NCBI GenBank assembly: GCA_009914755.4
Contig: CP086569.2
Location: 8,000,001 to 8,064,000, forward strand
Direction of reading: 5' to 3'
Origin: the human T2T-CHM13v2.0 reference genome, Homo sapiens
Length of the DNA stretch: 64,000 bases
Part shown: positions 58,901 to 64,000 of the stretch, in pieces
How positions within the stretch are numbered: position 1 is the stretch's first letter
Layout: each line of letters opens with the position of its first letter
Translations under genes and position numbers: made by a program
Notes under the pieces: generated by a model
Seen by the model: the letters and a program-made list of their open reading frames with translations, nothing else
The model's database searches: none
Told to the model about the DNA's origin: nothing

Positions 58901-60129
58901 TAAGGGTAAAACCCATGGCTGGGCTTCACATTAGAAGGTCTTATCTGAAATTTCTTGTTGAACAGAGTTCCATCAAAGCCAATGTAAAAGACCTATGATG
59001 AAATAATTCCATGTAATCCACTGAGAAACATTTTTATCCCAACCTCAATTTCAAGCTTCAGGTCAAAGCTCTAGGAAAGATTACTGGATCTGAGAAAATC
59101 AGAGGCTGATGATAATGGAGGTTAAAAAACTGTGCAGGTTGACATGACTAATTGGAGCTGATAATGCCAACCCTCCCATTTCATGGATAAGGATTATGCC
59201 AGCATCCTTGTCATAAATGAGGTCGAGTGAACTCCAGAACTACTAACAGCAGGGGAGATAGGGCATATGTAGGTAAGAGCAGATAGTTTCCCTCCCCAGA
59301 TCTCCCTGTTAACATGGATGAAAACTGCCTTGACACCCAGGAGTGGCAAACTGTAACAATTATGGGACTCAGGGGTACAAGGATTGAAAAGGGAAAGAGA
59401 ATATTCTTTCTCCTATATCTCAACATACCCTGGGTATTTGCTAGGAAGAGAAAGAAACTAGAGACACCTCCTCCTCTCTCTCTTTCTAGATAAGTAGCCA
59501 TTCATCTTCATTTTATACTTTTTTCAAATGCATCCTGAACCCTTGGAACTCCTTTGAAAAAATGCTTACTTTTTTTCATTTATTCTCCTGTGTATTCTCT
59601 TTACAGATAGGTAATCAGGTCTCAATACTGTGGGACACTCTTCTTGGTGCATCCTTTGAATTTGAAAGAGTTAATTTCCCAAACCTTAGACTGGTTTGCT
59701 TAGGATTCAACTCAGGAGAAAAGAACCCAGAACCCAGAAAACTGACATGCTCGAAAAGGGTAAGGGTAAAATTTTTGTTGTTCCATTTGGGCTTTTGATC
59801 TCCCTTTCCCTATGCAAACTGGTAAAAGACCTAGGAATTTGTGAGCTGTCCTTGCCCCCATTCCCCTTGTTTCATTTTAATACATTTTTAAAAAATAACC
59901 CAGTTTGATTCTTCTCACCTTCAGGCTATGAAACTCCAAACAGTCATGCAGCAATAGGCTTGGACAATGGCACTTTTAACTGGGGACACTTAGGCCTCTT
60001 AGGGAGTTCTGACTGCCATTTTTTTTTTAAACCAAAGCCCCCAGTCAGCAGGAAGCACTTAAAAGTGGTTTTTGTCTTCATGCTTATCGTTATTCCAACC
60101 ACAGTAAGATGTACTTATTTAGTGGGGAA

Positions 60130-60590
60130 ATAACAGAGTTAGGGAACAGCCAAGGGTCTTGGGTGAAACCCCGCCTTCAAGCCTAAAACAGCCTGCAGGC
60201 TGAAAACTGAGACTGCTGGTCTCAGAAAAAGCCTGCCTTTTTCAAACTGATTCTCTCTGAATAATGTCCACCTGCATACTGGGGGAAGAGAGTGGAGCCA
60301 CGGAAAGCTCAGGCCTTGTACATAGAGGAGGATCTGGGACTCTTCACTTCCTGTGTGATGGTCTGGTGTTCAGCAATCTGGGAGGAGAGGCCCTGTAAAC
60401 AGAACTCCCACTCACTTTTTTGAGAGTTGTTTTTTTTTTCTTCCTTTATTTTACTCAATCAACTCTACTCCTCATCCTTCAGAGTGTCCCTGACCTAATG
60501 TTTCCTAGTCATGTGACAAGAACCCAATTTTACTGAAGTAAGGAGAAAGTTTTGCAATGTGAGGATTTGGAACCCCCGTTTAAGATAAGT
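60130..60590 (+). mobile_element. LTR-like interspersed repeat, copy A' (paralogue of 55500-55970)
   Basis: See copy A. Same orientation, ~4.6 kb downstream. Confidence 0.45.
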
Positions 60591-60764
60591 TGACTGTATC
60601 TGGCTTCCCTTACTGTTTCAGAATTTATTTTTCTATCTATGCCAGCATCACTCTTTTGATTATTATAACTTTGCAAAATGTTTTGAAATAAAAAGGAATT
60701 ATGCCTCTGAGTTTATTCTTATTTCCAGGCTGTTTGACTACTTGTGGTTTTCTGAGTGTTTATA

Positions 60765-61055
60765 GAAACTACAGGGCAATATTTATTGTCTCACTATGTG
60801 ATCCCAGAACTGTGGAAAGCCAAAGTAGGTGGATTGCTGTAGCCCAGGAGTTTGAGACCAGCCTGGGAAATATGGTGAAACACTGTCTCTACAAAAAACA
60901 TAAAAACTTGCTGAGCATGATGGCATGCACCTGCAGTCCCAGCTACTTGTGAGGCTGAGGTGGGAGGATCAATTGAACTTGAGAGTTCAAGGCTCAGTGA
61001 GCCATGATTATGACATGGCACTCCAGGCTGGATGACACAGCAAAATATTGATTCA
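60765..61055 (+). mobile_element. Alu (older, diverged), plus orientation
   Basis: gtctcactatgtgatcccagaactgtggaaagccaaagtaggtggattgctgtagcccaggagtttgagaccagcctgggaaatatggtgaaacactgtctctacaaaaaacataaaaacttgctgagcatgatggcatgcacctgcagtcccagctacttgtgaggctgaggtgggaggatc...cactccaggctggatgacacagcaaaat. Confidence 0.85.
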
Positions 61056-61399
61056 AACATTTTAGAGCATTTTAGTACTTCTCCAGAAAGAACCACTGTT
61101 ATTTTTTAAAAAGAGATCTCATTGATTTGTAGATCATTTTGAATACCTTTAACATCTAAAGAAACTTGCATGTTTTAACTCTTGAAAAATACTATGCTCA
61201 AGAATTGGTCTAGTTTTCATATATATGCAGATGTGCTGTTTTCTTTTTGTTTTTAACTTCCCATTATATTACTGTGGACAGAAATAATACCTTTCGTGAT
61301 TGCCGTCTGTTTAAATATGCTGAAATGTGCATCTAGCATAGAAGTTTGCCTATCTGACAAAACATGTTGTACGTAATTATAAATATAATGTTTTATGCT

Positions 61400-61950
61400 G
61401 TTGTTGGGTGAAATGTTTTGTAGATTATGCCCACAGCTTATTTCTTTATCCTTTTATTTCTCTGTATATTTGTCTTTATCTCCATTTTGTTTATTTTATT
61501 TATTTACTTTGTTTTTATTAATAATTTAATTTCACTTCTATTTTTTATTTTATTTTTCTTATTATAGTCCCTTCATTTCAAATTTTCTCCAATTTGTATC
61601 TTGTTTGTAATATTTTATTTATTGTTTTGTTTTTATTAATTTATTTTCATTCATGTCCCTTCATATTATTTTATTTCCTTTTTTAATTTTATTTTTAGTT
61701 TTCTCCTCATTCTTGCATTTTTCTTGTTTTATTATGTTGCTAATTATTTCTGTTTATTTCTCTTAATTTATTTTATTTATTATCTTCATCTTTTTATTTA
61801 TTTTTCCTGATCTTAATTACATTTTTTTCCTTATTTTCTCTATTTTATTTTAGTTTATTTACCATTACTATGTTTTACTTCAAATTTATTTTTAATTTTT
61901 ATTTTATTTTTCTTTATTTCATTTTTTTAACTTTATTTTTTGTTTTACAA
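61400..61950. repeat. AT-rich low-complexity tract (TTTATTT/TTATTT-rich), ~550 bp
   Basis: Long run of ttttatttatttactttgtttttattaataatttaatttc-type sequence. No coding potential. Confidence 0.8.
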
Positions 61951-62377
61951 AACAGAAGAGATGAGCTATTTTAAACTGACCCAGCCAGCGTGGTCAAGAC
62001 TCAAGTTTGCTGAGACTCTATGGTAGCCACTCTACCCCAGGAGTCTCCAGTCTAGGGTATAGTCAGTGACTCCTGGCAGGATTGCTAAAACACCTGCGCA
62101 GATCTTTTATTGTTACAGGCCTATCTAGTATTCAGAGTCACAGGCCATTTCTGCTACTTTCAGAAGCCCCATGCAAGCCTCAGTGTAGCTGGGCTGAGGC
62201 CATGACTATGTCTTTATTTGTGTCCCAGTGAATCCTCCCCACATAATCCAGGGTGCTGACTCTTCTTCCTTTTTTCCTGAACAGGCTCCACAACCACTCA
62301 ACTCCACCCATGCATGTCTTGACCATATGTGTGTCTTTTTCTTGTTGAAAAAGGACAAAAATTGTTTTCTTTTGTTT

Positions 62378-62590
62378 TGAGACAGAATCTTGCTATATTG
62401 CCCAGGCTTCAGTGCAGTGGTGTGATCTCAGCATACACAGCTATTTCTTTCTTTCTTTTTTTTTTTTGTATTTTTAGTAGAGATGATGTTTCACCATATT
62501 CACTTCACTGGTTTCAATCCACAGACCACAAGTGATTCACCCCCCTCAGCACCCCAAAATGTTACAATTACAGGTGTAAGCCACTGAGTT
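62378..62590 (-). mobile_element. Alu, minus orientation, internally deleted
   Basis: gttttgagacagaatcttgctatattgcccaggcttcagtgcagtggtgtgatctcagc...tttgtatttttagtagagatgatgtttcaccatatt...ttacaattacaggtgtaagccactgag. Confidence 0.8.
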
Positions 62591-63879
62591 TAGCTGATAC
62601 TTTATTTTATTTTATTTTAACTTGACATTTAACTGAATTATGAAAATATCAGCTTTATGGGTAGATATACATGCAAATAGGTACAAAAATGCTAATGATG
62701 TGAGAAGTTTAACATTTCTTCACTTTCTTTAATGATTTTATGGAGTTACTATTTTACATTCTCCTGTCTTTATCTCTATGTTCAGTTAGAAAATCCTCAG
62801 TGAATACTTTTCAGTATGATAGACAAAATGTTGTGCAATCGATCATTGATAGATGCACACTGAAGTAATTTCTGGTTTTCATTTGGAGCTTTTACACCTA
62901 GGAATGAAAACTGTTGCTTGTAAACTCACATAATATGGAGTTATACTATGCTGTCCTCTTCTGCACATTTGTCTACCATCACAGTTTGAATGTGCCACTG
63001 AAAAAAGGTGGGAAATTGTTTCCCTCAGACCTACTCATCTTCCTTTTATAGGTTTTCAGGTGGTGCATTGTCCAGATTGCTTAGAAGCTCATGATCACAG
63101 AGGTCATATTTGACAAGAGAAAGCACTGTTGCACCAGGACTAAGTGAAGGTGATTACCACCCCATGCCTAAGGCTTCTCCAGAGCCAGGATGGAGCTTAA
63201 AAACCATTACTGAAGCCAGAAAGTGATGACAGAAGTTGAGGGCTGCCCACAGGAGAAAGCAAAATCCTCCCTTTTGCTTTCCAAGTGTTCACTGTTTATT
63301 TGGTCATTAATGTTCCTTCTGACCATGATGTGTTTCTTGTTCATCTTTCCTGGTATTCCACTGAAAGTGCGTCTAAGGAAATGAGCCCTGGATGATAGTG
63401 ATAAAGAGAACAACTGCATCCTTCTATAGATGATGCCTTGGTGAGCTTTGAAGCACATTGAGCAGATCCTGAAATCCTTCCTTAGTATGGGACAAGTTTT
63501 GTCAAATTCAACTTCCATGTAAATGGTACTAGGTTCAAGATGTCAAAGAAGAGACTCAGAGTTAATAAATGGGATATGGAGTTTTGCTGGGGACTTTCAC
63601 AAGGGGAGAAAGTCCAGTGTCAGTGGGCTTAGCAGGACAACCCTGTGCAATTGCAAAAAGCATGCAGTGTGCATAAAATTTTTATTAAGCACATTTTTCT
63701 GAACAATCTTTTACTTGTTATCCTTCATTTAACAAAAATTAAGGGCCTCAATCCCCTGTGTGGCCTGTGTTCCATGCAACAGCATGGGAAGACCAAGGGC
63801 TTAGTTGCTCCTCATAGATAAAGAGTAATCTCCAGGTTGGTCACTACTAGATTTTTTTGTTGTTGTTGATATTGTTTTT

Positions 63880-64000
63880 TTTAACTTTATTTTATTTTAT
63901 TTTTTATTATACTTTAAGTTTTAGGGTACATGTGCAAAATGTGCAGGTTAGTTACATATGTATACATGTGCAATATTGGTGTGCTGCACCTAGTAACTCA
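63880..64000 (-). mobile_element. L1 3' end (minus orientation), running off the end of the window
   Basis: ttttttattatactttaagttttagggtacatgtgcaaaatgtgcaggttagttacatatgtatacatgtgcaatattggtgtgctgcacctagtaactca is the reverse complement of the L1PA 3'UTR terminus. Confidence 0.85.

Overview
This window is primate, most likely human or ape, nuclear DNA. It is not prokaryotic, and I find no operon, CRISPR array, defence island or novel system. About 45 kb of the 64 kb is one degenerate tandem satellite, described next. It is interrupted by dated retroelement insertions and by a ~9.2 kb ancient nuclear insertion of mitochondrial DNA (a NUMT). The left 8 kb has more retroelements and the C2H2 zinc-finger exon of a ZNF91-family-like KRAB-ZNF pseudogene. 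The right 10 kb is unique or retroelement sequence (old L1, two paralogous LTR-like repeats, Alus, AT-rich low complexity). The ZNF pseudogene next to a beta-satellite-like array suggests a 19p12-type pericentromeric ZNF region, but that is inference from memory of the family, not a database hit.

The satellite has a ~70-78 bp monomer with the recurring motifs gagtcacatcacctaggtgctgg and atatgtcacaat, which I recall as beta-satellite/Sau3A-like. Monomers are organised into higher-order units of roughly 3.5-6.7 kb. The first 3.5 kb carries the array in reverse orientation and 8.3-53.8 kb carries it in forward orientation.

The NUMT is collinear with mtDNA from ND6 to ND2, passing through the D-loop, 12S, 16S and ND1. 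It carries its own nested, twin-primed L1 insertion inside the 12S copy.

All ORFs in the supplied track are L1 ORF2 fragments, NUMT or zinc-finger pseudogene pieces, or chance open frames in repeats.
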